This document shows positions 1-13,457 of a DNA stretch of 64,000 nucleotides, one piece after another. Origin of the DNA: Octopus sinensis (Eukaryota); assembly GCF_006345805.1 (NCBI RefSeq), contig NC_043020.1, forward strand, positions 6,944,001 to 7,008,000, given 5' to 3'. The translations under genes were made by a program, and so were the position numbers. A model generated the notes under the pieces. It did not search any database, was not told where the DNA came from, and saw nothing but the letters and a program-made list of their open reading frames with translations. Every line of letters begins with the position of its first letter. Position 1 is the stretch's first letter.

Positions 1-897
1 TATATTACATATATATACACACACACGTATGTGTATAGATATGTGTGCGTCCGCGCGTGTGTATGTATAAGTGCGCAAGTGTATATGTGTATGTACGTGT
101 ATGTATTTGTATGTATGTATATGTATGTATATCTATATGTGCTTCTGCGTGTGTGAGTATATAGAGTATATATGTATAGGTATGTATATGTATATGTGTG
201 TGCATGTGTGTGCGTATGTACAACTGCATAAGAGTGTATGTGTATGTACACGTTTGTATATGCGTGTGTGTATATGTGTACGTGCTTCGGCGCGCGTGAG
301 AGTTTATGTGTGTGTGTGCGCGAGTGTATGCATGAGTATGTGTATGTACGTGCACGTATGTGCGCATGTGCGTGTGTATGCGTGAGTATGTGTGTGTACG
401 TTCGTGTGTGCGTGAGTATGTGTGTGTACGAGCGTGTGTGTGTGTATGCGTAAATATGTGTGTGTACGTGTGTGAGTATGTGTGTGTGTGTGTGCGTGTG
501 TGCGTGTGTGTGTGTGTGCGCGTGTGTGTGTGTGCGTGTGTGTGTAGAACAGAGAGAAAGCGACGATCAAACCCGTCGTTCCGGCCTCCCCGTTGGTTAG
601 ATGTCAGGTTTGATGTTTCTGTAATTCCTTTTGTCATAGATTTTGGTAAGTGAGGACCGTGGCACTTGTGTGTTGCAGCATAATGCTTAGGATGGCGATG
701 GCGAAGGAGGAGACGGTGATGGCGGTGGCGTTGGCGACGAGGAGCGGTGGGAAGAGGGGTGGCGCGCGGGGGGGGCGAGTGATATCCTGTAATAACAGTG
801 TAATATTCACATATTCATATATACAGACATGAATACATTATATGTATATATGTGTCAGTGTTTGTGTGCGTGTGTGTGTACATACATTTATATGTAT

Positions 898-961
<64 letters not shown>

Positions 962-1021
962 AAGATATTGACATATATATGTGGGTGTGTTTGAGATGTA
1001 TGCACGTGTGTGTGTATACAT

Positions 1022-1052
<31 letters not shown>

Positions 1053-1085
1053 CATATACGTATACATATATAAATATGTACATAT

Positions 1086-1122
<37 letters not shown>

Positions 1123-1418
1123 GTACATATTATATATATAATATATATATATATATAATATATATATATATATACACATATACATACATACACGCAGACA
1201 CACATATACACACACAGAAATGTGTGTGTATATGTATGTATGCACGTATGTATGTATATCTTCAGACAAAAAAACATATAACACTGTTGTTGCTGGTTGC
1301 TGATCATGACAATAATACGTTAAAAAGAGAAGGAATTCAAAGAAAAAATAATACAACACTCCGCATAGTAATAACAACAATAACGACATAAATAACAACA
1401 ACAACAATAATAATAATG

Positions 1419-1467
<49 letters not shown>

Positions 1468-1510
1468 TAAAAATAAAAATAATAATAATAATAATAATAA
1501 TATATAACAA
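1..1510. repeat. Compound microsatellites (TG/TA)n, (TA)n, (AAT)n
   Basis: Direct reading of the sequence. Confidence 0.95.
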
Positions 1511-3144
1511 TATGAATAACAATATAGGTACAAGGTGAGAAATCCAGAAACATAGATGTATTCAACTTCATCTCCGCCCTAGTCCCACCCCTCTGTTTAA
1601 AATGTAGCATCCGATATAGCTTCAAGCTTTCTATATCTCATACATCGGTATTTCGTACACAATCATCATTCTTATCACAAAACTTTCAATAAAAATAATA
1701 TCAAAGTAAGTTACAGCTGTATACTTAATATCTGACTATTGCCATAACAAGGATCAATAAATAAAAAGAAAAAAAAGAAGTTCCTCTCAGAGACATTCCA
1801 AACTCGTCACCTCAGTATATCGGTAGTAACATCACATACTTCCCTCTTTAAGATATGAGATTCACAATGACAGTTTGCATGTTGTGTGAATCTGGTCCCT
1901 GTAGATGTTGCTGGAAAAATAAAATGTTTACATTGGTATCAGAGAGGGATCTTTTAAAGATAAGTATGCACAGCACGTATATTCGTTCGGACATATTGAT
2001 AAACAAATCACAACTCAACAACTCAATGTGTGAGACTTCCAAATATCGGGATATAATCCTAAGGGTTGGGGGAAGTGGGTAGGCAGAAGAAAGGAAGAAA
2101 ATGTAGGACAGGAGAAGAGTTGAGACGTAGCGTTAGCTCTGCAGTGTAGGTAACAGAAATGACAGTGACAGGACCGCTGGTCTTGTTAACTTGAAGTGAC
2201 CGGATATTTTCATGTTTACGTTTAGTGTGTATGTAATGGTATACCAGGTAAATGGGGGAGGGATTTAAGGAAGGGTTCATCTTAGGTGCGCGGTTCAGAG
2301 TTGGCTGCAAAGCGGGCGACAAATAATGTAAAACAGTTGAATCCCAGAGAACAACTAACGGTAATCATTGGTAAATAGTGAGTACAAAAAGCCCAAACAG
2401 TGGAATAATCTTTCTTACATTAAAGGTGCACAGTTGGCGGCGTACTTTGATTAACAGGAGAACAGAAACAACGGATTTCTGATCGGCTGTTTAAACTCAG
2501 TTACATCGTTCCGTCTATAAAGTTTGGCAAATAGTTTTCACATACACCCTTTCAGCCGTGAGAGGAATTGATGGAGTATTTTTGCCTGCCGCTATATATG
2601 GTGGTGATCCCTGCTGTACTCTTTCACCACAACTTTCTCTCACTTTTACTTCCTGTTTCTGTTGTACCTATACTTCAAAGGGCCGGCCTTGTCACTCTCT
2701 GTGTATATATCCCCGAATATCGCTGAATATCCCCGAGAACTACGTTAAGGGTACACGTGTCTGTGGAGTGCTCAGCCACTTACACGTTAATTTCACGAGC
2801 AGGCTGTTCCGTTGATTCGGATCAACCCTCGTCGTAACCGACGGAGTGCTTCCACATATGCATAATAAACGTATAAAGAGTCACGTTGTGAAGACAATGC
2901 ATTCTTACGAGACTTCAATGGAAGCCAAGACTAGTCGGTTTGATTTTGATTCGGATTTGCTAAGAAGCGTGTTCTTTAACTTCGGATGTTTCCTTTTACG
3001 GTGAAGATTCTCATTGTTAAGCGACGAACATCTGCCCCCCCCCCCACACACACACAGAGGAACATATATGGTGGCTTCAGTCTAATGACTGAAACAAGTA
3101 AAAGATAAAAGATATAAGATATATTCCTTTTTTTATATATATAC

Positions 3145-3325
3145 TATTACTTGTTTCAGTCATGTGACTGCGGCCATGCCGGAGCACCATCCCGAATAGT
3201 TTTTAGTCGAACAAATCGATCCTCTAATACTTATTCTACCGGTCTTTTTTGTCGAACCGCTAAGTTACAAGGACGTAAACACACCAACACCGATTGTCAG
3301 AGGTGGGGGACAAACAGACACAAAC

Positions 3326-3364
<39 letters not shown>

Positions 3365-3507
3365 CGATTCCAGTCTACAAATTTCACTCACAAGGCATTG
3401 GTCGACCCCCGGGACTTATAGTAGAAGACGCTTCTCCAAGGTTCCATACATTGTGACTGAACGTGAAACCGACCTGATTGCAAAACGGGACTTTTAAACC
3501 CCCAACC
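3145..3507 (-). mobile_element. SINE family A, diverged copy
   Basis: Reverse complement of the family A consensus; head-to-head with 3567-3974. Confidence 0.8.
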
Positions 3508-3566
3508 ACCTCTGCATCTGAGTATGCACACACACACACACACACACAAATATATATACATATATA

Positions 3567-3974
3567 GGCTTAGGAGTGACTGTGTGGTAAGTAACTTGCT
3601 TACCAGCCACTTGGTCCTAGGTTCAGTCCCACTGCGTGGCACCTTGGGCAAGTGTCTTCTACTATAGCCGCGGGCCGCCCAAAGCCTTGTGAGTGGATTT
3701 GGTAGATGGAAACTGAAAGAAGCCCGTCGTATGTATGTATATATATATGTATGTGTGTGTGTATGTTTGTGTGTCTGTGTTTGTCCCCCCCTCCCAACAT
3801 CGCTTGACAACCGATGCTGGTGTGTTTACGTCCCCATAACTTAGCGGTTCGGCAAAACAGACTGATAGAATAAGTACTAGCCTTACAAAGAATAAGTCCT
3901 GGGGTCGATTTGCTCGACTAAAGGCGGTGCTCCAGCATGGCCACAGCCAAATGACTGAAACAAGTAAAAGAGTA
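3567..3974 (+). mobile_element. tRNA-headed SINE family A, full-length copy
   Basis: A-box-like TGACTGTGTGG and B-box-like GGTTCAGTCCC, central (TA)n(TG)n tract, 3' tail gactgaaacaagtaaaaga. Confidence 0.9.
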
Positions 3975-5577
3975 TACATGGGCACACATATCTCAAATTT
4001 CTTGTATTTACAGCAACCCATACATCGGAGTAAATGTGAAAGATATTTCACAACCTTCCCTTCGTATCTTACAAGGAAAAGAAAAGAAAAGAAAACTAAC
4101 GGGGTTAAAAGCAATATGGAGAGCATTTAAGGGAAGACAAAAACGTGTTGATAGAACAGGTGACGACGGGGAAGATGTGTGTGTGGATAAAATATGTGAT
4201 ACTAAATAATGTTTAATCATAATGAAGAGAGAGATAATGAAAGCGATGTAATTATGTTGGCGTGTATGGGGTAAATAGACAAGTGAAGAGAGTTATAAAG
4301 TGCAGTATGGGGACAGGCGGCGGGGTAAGGATGAGAAGGGGGTAGACAGGGATGGACGAAACAAAAGACTTCTTGGAATGTTGTTTAGGAGGGGAGGGCT
4401 TAGAAGGAAAGGTTTTGCGTTGACTGTGGGTCAGGGGTTAGGGTTTAAGGGTTAGGGGTCAGGGATCAGAGTGAAATGGTGCGAACTGAAAGTGTTTATA
4501 GTTAAACACAGAATACTTGAGCAGACAGGAGTGGGGGTGGGTTGGGGGAAGGAAGACATATTTGTGTGATTTAGTATAAATAAATGTTTAAGGTTCAACA
4601 TGGCGTGTATCGCTAGAAAATCTGAAGTAAATTTAATGTAATGTCATTTGTTGTCGAAATTTAAACAGATGTAAATACATCATGCTATTCTCTTTGTAGG
4701 AGAAACAAAGGAGATTGCCCTGATATGTTCCATGGTGTATAATCTTTCGGGCGCTTTTCCAGTTTATTGCTTTCCGTCTCCTTATGACCCTTTCAAGTTT
4801 AAACTAAATTCATCCTTTTCCCCTTCATCATAGTCCCTTTACACTTGCCGGCTCCTTGCCTTGTTTGGAACTTTGATATAAGATTTTTAAAATGGGTCGC
4901 ATGCATGCATACATACATACACACACATACACACTCACACATACATACATGCATGCATACATACATATATACATACATACATACATACACGCACACATGC
5001 ATACATACATGCATACATACATACATACATGCATACATACATACACACACACATACATACATACATGCATATATACATACATACACACACACACATACAT
5101 ACATACATACATACATACATACGTACACACATACATACATACATACATATGTATATGTATAGCATGGCTGTGTGATTGAGAAGCCTGCTTCCCTATCATG
5201 TGGCCTTGGATTCAGACCCTACTGCATAACACCTTGGTAGACGGAAACTGAAAGAAGCTTTTCGTATATGTATATATTTATGTGTATCTGTGTGCTTCTG
5301 TTTGTCCCAACCAGTGGCGTAGCTAACAGAGGAGCAAAGGGAGCGACTGCTCCACACGAGCACATTTTTCAAAATTGGCGCCTTTTCAATATTTTAAAAT
5401 TCTTTAGATCAATCGTTCCCAAACTTTTTTGGGCTGCCACCCCCTTGACATCCTGGCCACATTCCTAGCACCACCACCTGAACTGACCATCACAAACACA
5501 GACCTTTTTCTGAATCAAATTCAAAGCAACCGTATTTCACAAATAAAACGTAATCTAATGAACCCATTATTTTGTTA

Positions 5578-5930
5578 TTTTTACATGAATTGCCACCCCA
5601 TTACCACCCCAATTTTTACATGAATCGCCACCCCATTATCACCCCAATTTTTACATGAATTGCCACCCCATTACCACCCCAATTTTTACATGAATTGCCA
5701 CCCCATTACCACCCCAATTTTTACATGAATTGCCACCCCATTATCACCCCAATTTTTACATGAATCGCCACTCCATTATCACCCCAATTTTTACATGAAT
5801 CGCCACTCCATTATCACCCCAATTTTTATATGAATTGCTACCCCATTATCGCCCCAATTTTTACATGAATCGCCACCCCATTATCACCCCAATTTTTACA
5901 TGAATCGCTACCCCATTACCACCCCACTTT
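5578..5930. repeat. 35-bp minisatellite, 10 units
   Basis: Unit TTTTTACATGAAT(T/C)GCCACCCCATTA(C/T)CACCCCAA; starts spaced exactly 35 nt apart from 5583 to 5898. Confidence 0.95.
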
Positions 5931-6374
5931 TCTTCAATGCTCCCTTGATTCATTCCACCACGCCCAAGGGTGCAATACCACCTACTTTGGGAACCACTGC
6001 TTTAGATCACCTGTGCGATAAGTCGAACCACTCTCTCTCTCACCCCTCCTCTCTTTCTCTCTGTTTGTTAATCACATGGCCTTCAAAGAACTTTCTGGAG
6101 TTTTTACTTTATTTGACCAGCCTACCATGTTTTTGAACTGTCGGTTCAACCTCCTGTGATGTGTTGGTGGCCGCTGACATCTGAAGAACCGAAACAAACC
6201 CTGACATCATAACCCCTCGACACCAGACGATTCCCCGGAGTTCCATCTTTTTCATGTCAGGCTTATACCAGTAGCTCTAAATTTTTATACTGAATGACAT
6301 TGTTACTGAAACGAGAAATTAATTAATGTAGAATATAATTACGTATATTATAACTAATGAAATATTTTGCGTAA

Positions 6375-6536
6375 GGCGTAGGAGTGGCTGTGTGGTAAGT
6401 AGTTTGCATACCAACCACATGGTTCCGGGTTCAGTCCCACTACATGGCACCTTGGGCAAGTGTCTTCTGCTATAGCCTCAGGCCGACCAAAGCCTTGTGA
6501 GTGGATTTGGTAGACAGAAACTGAAAGAAGCCTGTC

Positions 6537-6569
<33 letters not shown>

Positions 6570-6780
6570 ATGTATGTGTGTGTCTGAGTTTGTCCCCCTA
6601 GCATTGCTTGACAACCGATGATGGTGTGTTTACGTCCCCGTAACTTAGCGGTTCAGCAAAAGAGACTGATAGAATAAGTACTAGGCTTACAAAGAATAAG
6701 TCCTGGGGTCGATCTGCTCGACTAAAAGGCAGTGCTCCAGCATGGCCACAGTCAAATGACTGAAACAAGTAAAAGAGTAA
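6375..6780 (+). mobile_element. SINE family A copy
   Basis: Colinear with 3567-3974. Confidence 0.9.
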
Positions 6781-7029
6781 AAAAAAAATGTGCTCATTTC
6801 CCCTCATTTTAGAACCTGGCTACGCTTCTGGTCTCCCCCACCGTTTGACAATGGTGCTCGTTTGTTTGTGTCACTGTGACTTAGCGGTTCAACAAAAGAT
6901 ACGATAGAATAAGCACCGAGGTTTTTTAAAAAAAATAAACACTGGGGCAGATTTGTTTGACTAAAACTTTCAATGTGGAGCCCCAGCATGACCACACACT
7001 GTAACAAGTAAAAGATGAACGACAAAACA

Positions 7030-7097
7030 TACATACATACATGTATGCTTGTAGACCGACAGACACACAGACAAGCAGGCAGGCAGACAGACATACG

Positions 7098-7185
<88 letters not shown>

Positions 7186-7312
7186 GATAGATAGACAGAC
7201 AGATATAGATAGATAGATAGACAGACAGATATAGATAGATAGATAGATAGATGTAGATAGATAGATAGACAGAGATAGATATAGATAGATATAGATAGAT
7301 AGATAGATGGAT

Positions 7313-7380
<68 letters not shown>

Positions 7381-7434
7381 GTAGATAGACAGATAGATAG
7401 ATAGATAGATAGATAGAAAGATAAATAGATAAAC

Positions 7435-7500
<66 letters not shown>

Positions 7501-7590
7501 GCAGACAGACAGACAGATAGATAGATAAATAGATAGACAGACAGACAGATAGATAGATAATACACACACACACACACACATATACATATA
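7030..7590. repeat. (GATA)n/(GACA)n microsatellite
   Basis: Direct reading of the sequence. Confidence 0.97.
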
Positions 7591-8029
7591 TGGCTTCCGC
7601 ATTGAACAAGCTAAGTGAACACATAACTTTTCTGACTTCAACCAAGCAAGATGTTAAATGCAGCGATGGTATATTAAAGTGCAGAGCTGGCCAATAATTA
7701 CAGCATTATAAGTTAGTGTACCTAAACTATTTAGTTTTGTACGCATGGCTGCGTGTGTAGTTGTGCATACGTGCGTGCTATGAACTGCAAAAGTCCATTT
7801 GTAAATTGCCAAATTCTAAGATTATTGTTGCCAGAATTAAGTAAGGAGATTAAATTTGATAGAGTTTCTATTTTCATTGGAAAATATATTGGATATGTTG
7901 TGTAATTTCACTGTTCTGTGTGACTCATTTGTAAATAGAAAGCAAGCTAAATACACACACACATATATATATATGTATGTATGTATATATGTATATATAT
8001 ATATGTGTGTGTATATATATATATATATG

Positions 8030-8071
<42 letters not shown>

Positions 8072-8092
8072 ACGCACACACATATATATATA

Positions 8093-8477
8093 GGCGTAGG
8101 AGTGACTGTGTGCTAAGTAGCTTACTTGCCAACCACATGGTTCCGGGTTCAGTCCCACTGCGTGGCACCTTCAGCAAGTGTCTTCTACTATAGCCTCGGG
8201 CTGACCAAAGCCTTGTGAGTGGATTTGGTTGATGGAAACTGGAAGAAGCCTGTCGTATATATGTATATATATATATGTGTGTGTGTGTGTATGTTTGTGT
8301 GTCTGTGTTTGTACCCCCAACATCGCTTGACAACCGATGCTGGTGTGTTTACGTCCCCGTAAAGAGACCAATAGAATAAGTACTAGGCTTACAAAGAATA
8401 AGTCCTGGGGTCGATCTGCTCGACTAAAGGCGGTGCTCCAGCATGGCCACAGAAAATGACTGAATCAAGTAAAAGAG
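8093..8477 (+). mobile_element. SINE family A copy
   Basis: Colinear with the consensus, with a small internal deletion. Confidence 0.9.
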
Positions 8478-8959
8478 TATATATATCATACATAGATTCG
8501 TATATAGATATATATGTACATGTATAGGGACATGAAGTTAAGTATAAATGGATATAGATGTGAATGTGTGTGTCTGAATACACACACAACACAGAGTTAT
8601 ATATAAACATGCACACATAAATTATATCATCATCGTCGTTTAGCGTCCGTTTTCCATGCTAGCATGGGTTGGATATATATATATATATTCCAAAGGTTTC
8701 AAGCTCATATTTGCATGAAACCCATGGTATTTGACAATTTGAATTCTATTTTGTATACTGGAACACCTATGCACAGATGTGTGAGACCGTGCGTGCATGC
8801 ACGTGTGTGTATGTGTGTGTAATGTATAGCTTCATAGATTCTTACCAAAGAGTCGAAACTGAACCTAGATTCTTCAACCTGTTCCTTTCCTACTGTTCTC
8901 GGTCTTTGCACTTAGGAATTTATGGAAGTCAACTGTCACACTAGTGAAATTCTATTGAT

Positions 8960-9112
8960 ACCAGAGGGCGCACACTCTCCTACCCTGATGTAATCTCCAG
9001 GGATACAGGCATCCAGCAACAGGACCTCCGTAATGCTATGATGGACCATGAAGTCTGGCGTAGCATAGTAAATTCCATTGTCTCGACCATGGTCAAACAA
9101 TGATGATGATGA
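8960..9112 (+). mobile_element. RTE-clade LINE 3' end
   Basis: Open 47-codon frame TRGRTLSYPDVISRDTGIQQQDLRNAMMDHEVWRSIVNSIVSTMVKQ, ending directly in a (TGA)4 tail. Confidence 0.75.
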
Positions 9113-9599
9113 TTGTTCAAGTGAACATTCTAAAGTTAATAGGGTTCAAACAAGATAACAAGTGAAAAGTCCTTTGTTCAGCCTGATCTAATTCAGTTAG
9201 AGAAAAATATAAATACAGAACCCAAAATTGGTTCTACCTCCTTCGCTGAGCGCCTGCCTCAAAGAGCACATCTCTGATTTTCTCCCTTCATCTATGGTTT
9301 GTCATCCAGAACAATACAGTTTTCACCCTCACCATGCGTCAACCCACAGAGGTAGATTCTCTTACTCTTTCGCTATCTTCTTTTTCCTCCTGTCTTCTAG
9401 CAGTCACTCACAAATGACTTTAGCTACCTATGGAATGGATAACAGAACTTCAAATAAGTTTTGACAAAGTTGTATCTTACATTGTAACAATGACATCAAA
9501 AGCGCAATTCAACTAATAATATTTTCTTCCTGTCTTTTATTTTCTACATATAAATTGGTACAACTGCGGTGACACTAGCGTGCACAAAATTGTTACATC

Positions 9600-9942
9600 T
9601 ATGCAAAATGACCTCCATGTAATGGACCGACGAAAATAACATGCAGTTCAATGTTGAGAAGTTCCAAGCACTCCATTAACGACCCATGAAATAAGACAAC
9701 AATTGGAATACACAGGATCAGGGGTAATACAATCCCTGAATCAGAGTCGTCGCGTGACCTGGGAATTATTCACATGATGCAATATTCCATCTGCATATTA
9801 CCGAAATGGCAACACTATAGGTGGGTAGCTGGATGGATTCTGAGATAATTCAGAACCAGAAAAAAGGATATCATGCTACTCTAATGGAGAACTTTCATCC
9901 TCGGTCATCTGGATTGCTTCTCCCAACTGGGGAGCTGCTGGA
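9600..9942 (+). mobile_element. Old CR1/L2-like LINE ORF2 fragment
   Basis: Broken frames give NNMQFNVEKFQALH, SRDLGII, WILR*FRTRKKDIMLL and LGHLDCFSQL, typical of post-RT CR1 motifs. Confidence 0.65.
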
Positions 9943-10624
9943 AGCTGAATAAAATTACTGCCATTGTTTGTCAACAACAACTATCAGCGGTGTATTTTTC
10001 GTTTGTCACTGTTATTTATGACATCGTCTGTGCATTTGTACTGGTTTTAAGGTTTTAGGGTTAGGGTTTTAGGGTTAGGGTGTTAGGGTTAGGGTTTTAG
10101 GGTTAGGGTTAGGATTAAGGTTTTAGGGTAAAGGTTAGAGCTTTAGGGTTAGGGTTGTCATAAATCATCATCATCATCATCATCATCGTTTAAAGTCCGT
10201 TCTCCATGCTAGCATGGGTTGGACGGTTCGACCGGGGATCTGGGAAGCCAGAAGGCTGCACCAGGCTCCGGTCTTATCTGGCAATGTTTCTACAGCTGGA
10301 TGCCCTTCCTAACGCCAACCACTCCGTGAGTGTAGTGGGTGCTTTTTACGTGCCAACAGTGACAAACGAAATATACACCACCGGAAGTTCTTGTTGACAA
10401 ACAACAGCAGTAATTTTATTCAGCTGAATACACGTCATTGATTGGTTGAAATTACCGAAATATGACAACTTTAACGTGAAATAACTTCGTAAATATAAGT
10501 TTTTCTCAAAAATGCTAAGAGTAAAATATGTTTTATACGACACATTCTACCAGTGTCCGAAATTTGAAAGTGTTTAGTTACAAAAAATTATTTTTTAAAT
10601 CTGTAGGTCAAAAGGTAAAGATTC
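9943..10624. mobile_element. Diverged relative of the telomere-repeat MITE with an internal 71-bp inverted repeat
   Basis: 9943-10013 and 10355-10425 are reverse complements around a TTAGGG tract (10045-10157). 10430-10624 aligns by eye with 55130-55317. Confidence 0.65.
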
Positions 10625-10740
10625 GATGAAAATACGGGGAAATATTTTCTGCAGATTAATATCAAAACAGGAGATTGGAAAATTTGTTGGTGTTATTTAC
10701 TCACCATTACAGGTGTTTCATTTACTAATACGAGTTTAAA

Positions 10741-11126
10741 TGTAGTAGGTCGTTGTTGAGCCACCTAATATGACCCCCAGAAGGGCTGCAATCTCGTCTG
10801 GTAATAAACCCGGATGAAGAACATATACAAGCAAGGTTGTAACTTTAAACACGTTTATTGTGGCCACACGTATACACACAATGGAATGATAAATAGAACA
10901 GTTGGAGCGTGAAGGCCTTGGTCTTTTGTGCCCTGCGCCTAGCTGCAAACTGGCCTGTGGTATAAGAAAGAGCCAGTCGAGTTGCGTCCTCACAGATTGC
11001 GTATCAGTGCAAAAGAGAGGAAGAGATGAGGTCACGTATCTGAACCTTAATGTTGCGTAACGCCCTCTATATCGCTAGCCTGTTAATCCCGCTGTCAAGG
11101 GAGTTAATGCACCTACACGAGTTACA
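10741..11126 (-). mobile_element. Possible solo LTR
   Basis: 386 bp bounded by TGTAAC...ACTACA on the minus strand, with AATAAA about 115 nt before the 3' end. No clean TSD. Confidence 0.35.
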
Positions 11127-11321
11127 AAATTGTGTACGCCGTAGAAAACCTGGAAGATATCTATTGTTAAAAATTATTATTTGAGTCTTTGAGGAATTTC
11201 TGAAAGTGGGTATCTTACATGCTTGCTTCTGCATGTACAAATTTGTGACTCCTATTGGCGAATGAAACACGTATAATGCTGGATAAATAACATCCCCCAA
11301 AATTTTCCAATCGCCTGTTTT

Positions 11322-11366
<45 letters not shown>

Positions 11367-11968
11367 GTGTGTGTGCGTGTGTGTGCGTGTGTGCGTGCGA
11401 GTGTACGTGTGTGCGTGTGTGTGTGAGAGAGTGTGTGTGTGAGAGAGTGTGTGTGTGTGTGTGTGGTGAAAATGTATATTTCTTTACTGCCCACAAGGGG
11501 CCAAACATAGAGGGGACAAACAAGGACAGATGAAGGGATTGAGTCGATTATATCGCCTCTAGTGAGAAACTGGTACTTTATTTATCGACCCCGAAAGGAT
11601 GAAAGGGAAAGTCGACCTCGGCGGAATTTGAACTCAGAACGTAACGACAGACGAAATACCGCCAAGCATTTCGCCCGGCGTGCTAACGTGTCTGCCAGCT
11701 CGGTACGAAGGACAGAAGACAGAGCCAGGCGAGGGGGCAACAAACTTTGAAGTTTCGAGCCTACACTTTACAACAGAAAAGGGACGAGGAAAGAAAATGG
11801 CGATGGAAAATAAACGGAAGATAAAAATCGTGTCTTGATTAACGGTTTCACTTTAGATTCTTTTCTTTCGAAAATATTTCTGAATCAAAGTGCGGGGTGC
11901 GTGTGAAATAATGTTTAGTCTATTTGCTTGAAATTATCAACAACGTAATATATTATATATACATACGT

Positions 11969-11969
<1 letters not shown>

Positions 11970-12006
<37 letters not shown>

Positions 12007-12188
12007 GAGTGTGTATGTGTGTGTGTGTGTGAGAGTGTGTGTGTGTATGTGTGTGAGTGTGTATGTGTGTGTGTGTATGTGTGTGTGTGCGTGTGTGTGT
12101 TTGTGTGTGAGAGTGTGTATGTGTGTATGTGTGTGTGTATGTGTGTGTATGTGTGTGTGTATGTGTGTGTTTGTGTGTGTGTGTGTGT

Positions 12189-12275
<87 letters not shown>

Positions 12276-12330
12276 TGTGTGTGTATGTGTGTGTGTGTGT
12301 GTGTGAGTGTGTGTGTGTGTGTGTGTGTGA
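11970..12330. repeat. (TG)n microsatellite
   Basis: Direct reading of the sequence. Confidence 0.97.
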
Positions 12331-13021
12331 AATGTAATATTAAACTATTTTCATTTTATTCAAAAATAATTTTTTCTAAAACAACAAGCAAATGTGTTTT
12401 ATAAGTATTTGATTGGTTTTCACATGTAAGATCCGGCCATGAGAAGAAAATTATATCGTCTGCGTATGCCCATGTCGTATGTTCGCGTTCGTTTGCCTCT
12501 ACGTGTATGTGTGTGTGATCGCCTGCCATTTTAAATCAACATAGCGTTTGGTTTTTCCGTTCTTTTTATGCCTTTTGAATATAAATTATGAAATTAAACG
12601 ACAATATGTTTCTTGCGAAAGCTACGACAAACATTCACCGTTTATTTTTAATCAAAATCCCTGCTTTTCCAGCCGTTGCAAAACCTGTCACAACAACTTA
12701 TTGTCACAAGAATCCTTTCACGTTTCTTCGCCTTCATTTAATATTTCCAACAACACTAATCAAGCAGGGCCGGCTCAAGGTATCGACAACTGGGGCAGTC
12801 GCCTCGGGGCACCATGTGCTAGGAGGGGTCATGGAAGGCGTGACAAAAACAAGGAAATTTTCACGACCGTCAGCTTGTACACGCCGAAGTTCAGCTTGCC
12901 CGGGGCACCAGCAGCCCTAGAACCGGCCCTACAAGTAGGTGTATTAGTTTAACGCTTGGGAAGAATGGAAAAGTCCTTTACCTTTCGAGCCTATGCTCTT
13001 CGACAGAAAGGAATAAGAGGG

Positions 13022-13457
13022 GGATCTTTTCGGTTTGAACGGCAGTTTTTAACATAATTTCTAGATAACTAAAAAATTTTAAACTCGTATACTGGTAGAA
13101 TGTGTTTATAAAACATCTTTTTCTCTTGGCTTTATTGAGAAAATTCTATAGTTTGTAAGATATTTGTTGTTGTTTTTCTTCAATTTCTGCAATTTCAACC
13201 AATCAATGACCGTCTATTGAGGTGAAAACATTCTGTGCCGTATGAATATGTCCTTCGTTTAAGAAACAGATTGGGTTTTTTTTTACATTTCTGAAGAAAA
13301 AAAGATACCCTTCCACCACCCCTAACCCTAACCCTAACCCTATCTCTAACCCTAAAATAGATTGAAATGCAAAAGATCGATATTAGGGTCATAATTATGG
13401 GTGACAATTTCATATGACACCGCTAGAAAAAACTGCCGTTCAAACCGAAAGAGATCC
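13022..13457. mobile_element. MITE with about 29-bp TIRs, 8-bp TSD and an internal (CCCTAA)n tract
   Basis: TIR GGATCTTTTCGGTTTGAACGGCAGTTTTT at both ends. TAAGAGGG duplicated at 13014-13021 and 13458-13465. Telomere-type repeats at about 13320-13354. Confidence 0.88.

Noticed and set aside
1510-1620. Possible minus-strand exon (GGDEVEYIYVSGFLTL or RGGTRAEMKLNTSMFLDFSP)
   Set aside because: Weak splice sites and unrecognised peptides.
4600-4730. Two-exon mini-gene MACIARKSE|EKQRRLP*
   Set aside because: The splice sites are plausible but the product is 16 aa with no recognisable motif.
6178-6200. CTGAAGA-ACC-GAAAC hammerhead-like string (similarly 8835-8862, 16600-16560, 32600-32570)
   Set aside because: Stem II or the core is missing, or there is no GUH with stems I and III; consistent with chance.
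10045-10157. True telomere or chromosome-fusion site
   Set aside because: The tract is short, degenerate, single-orientation and embedded in a transposon-like element.
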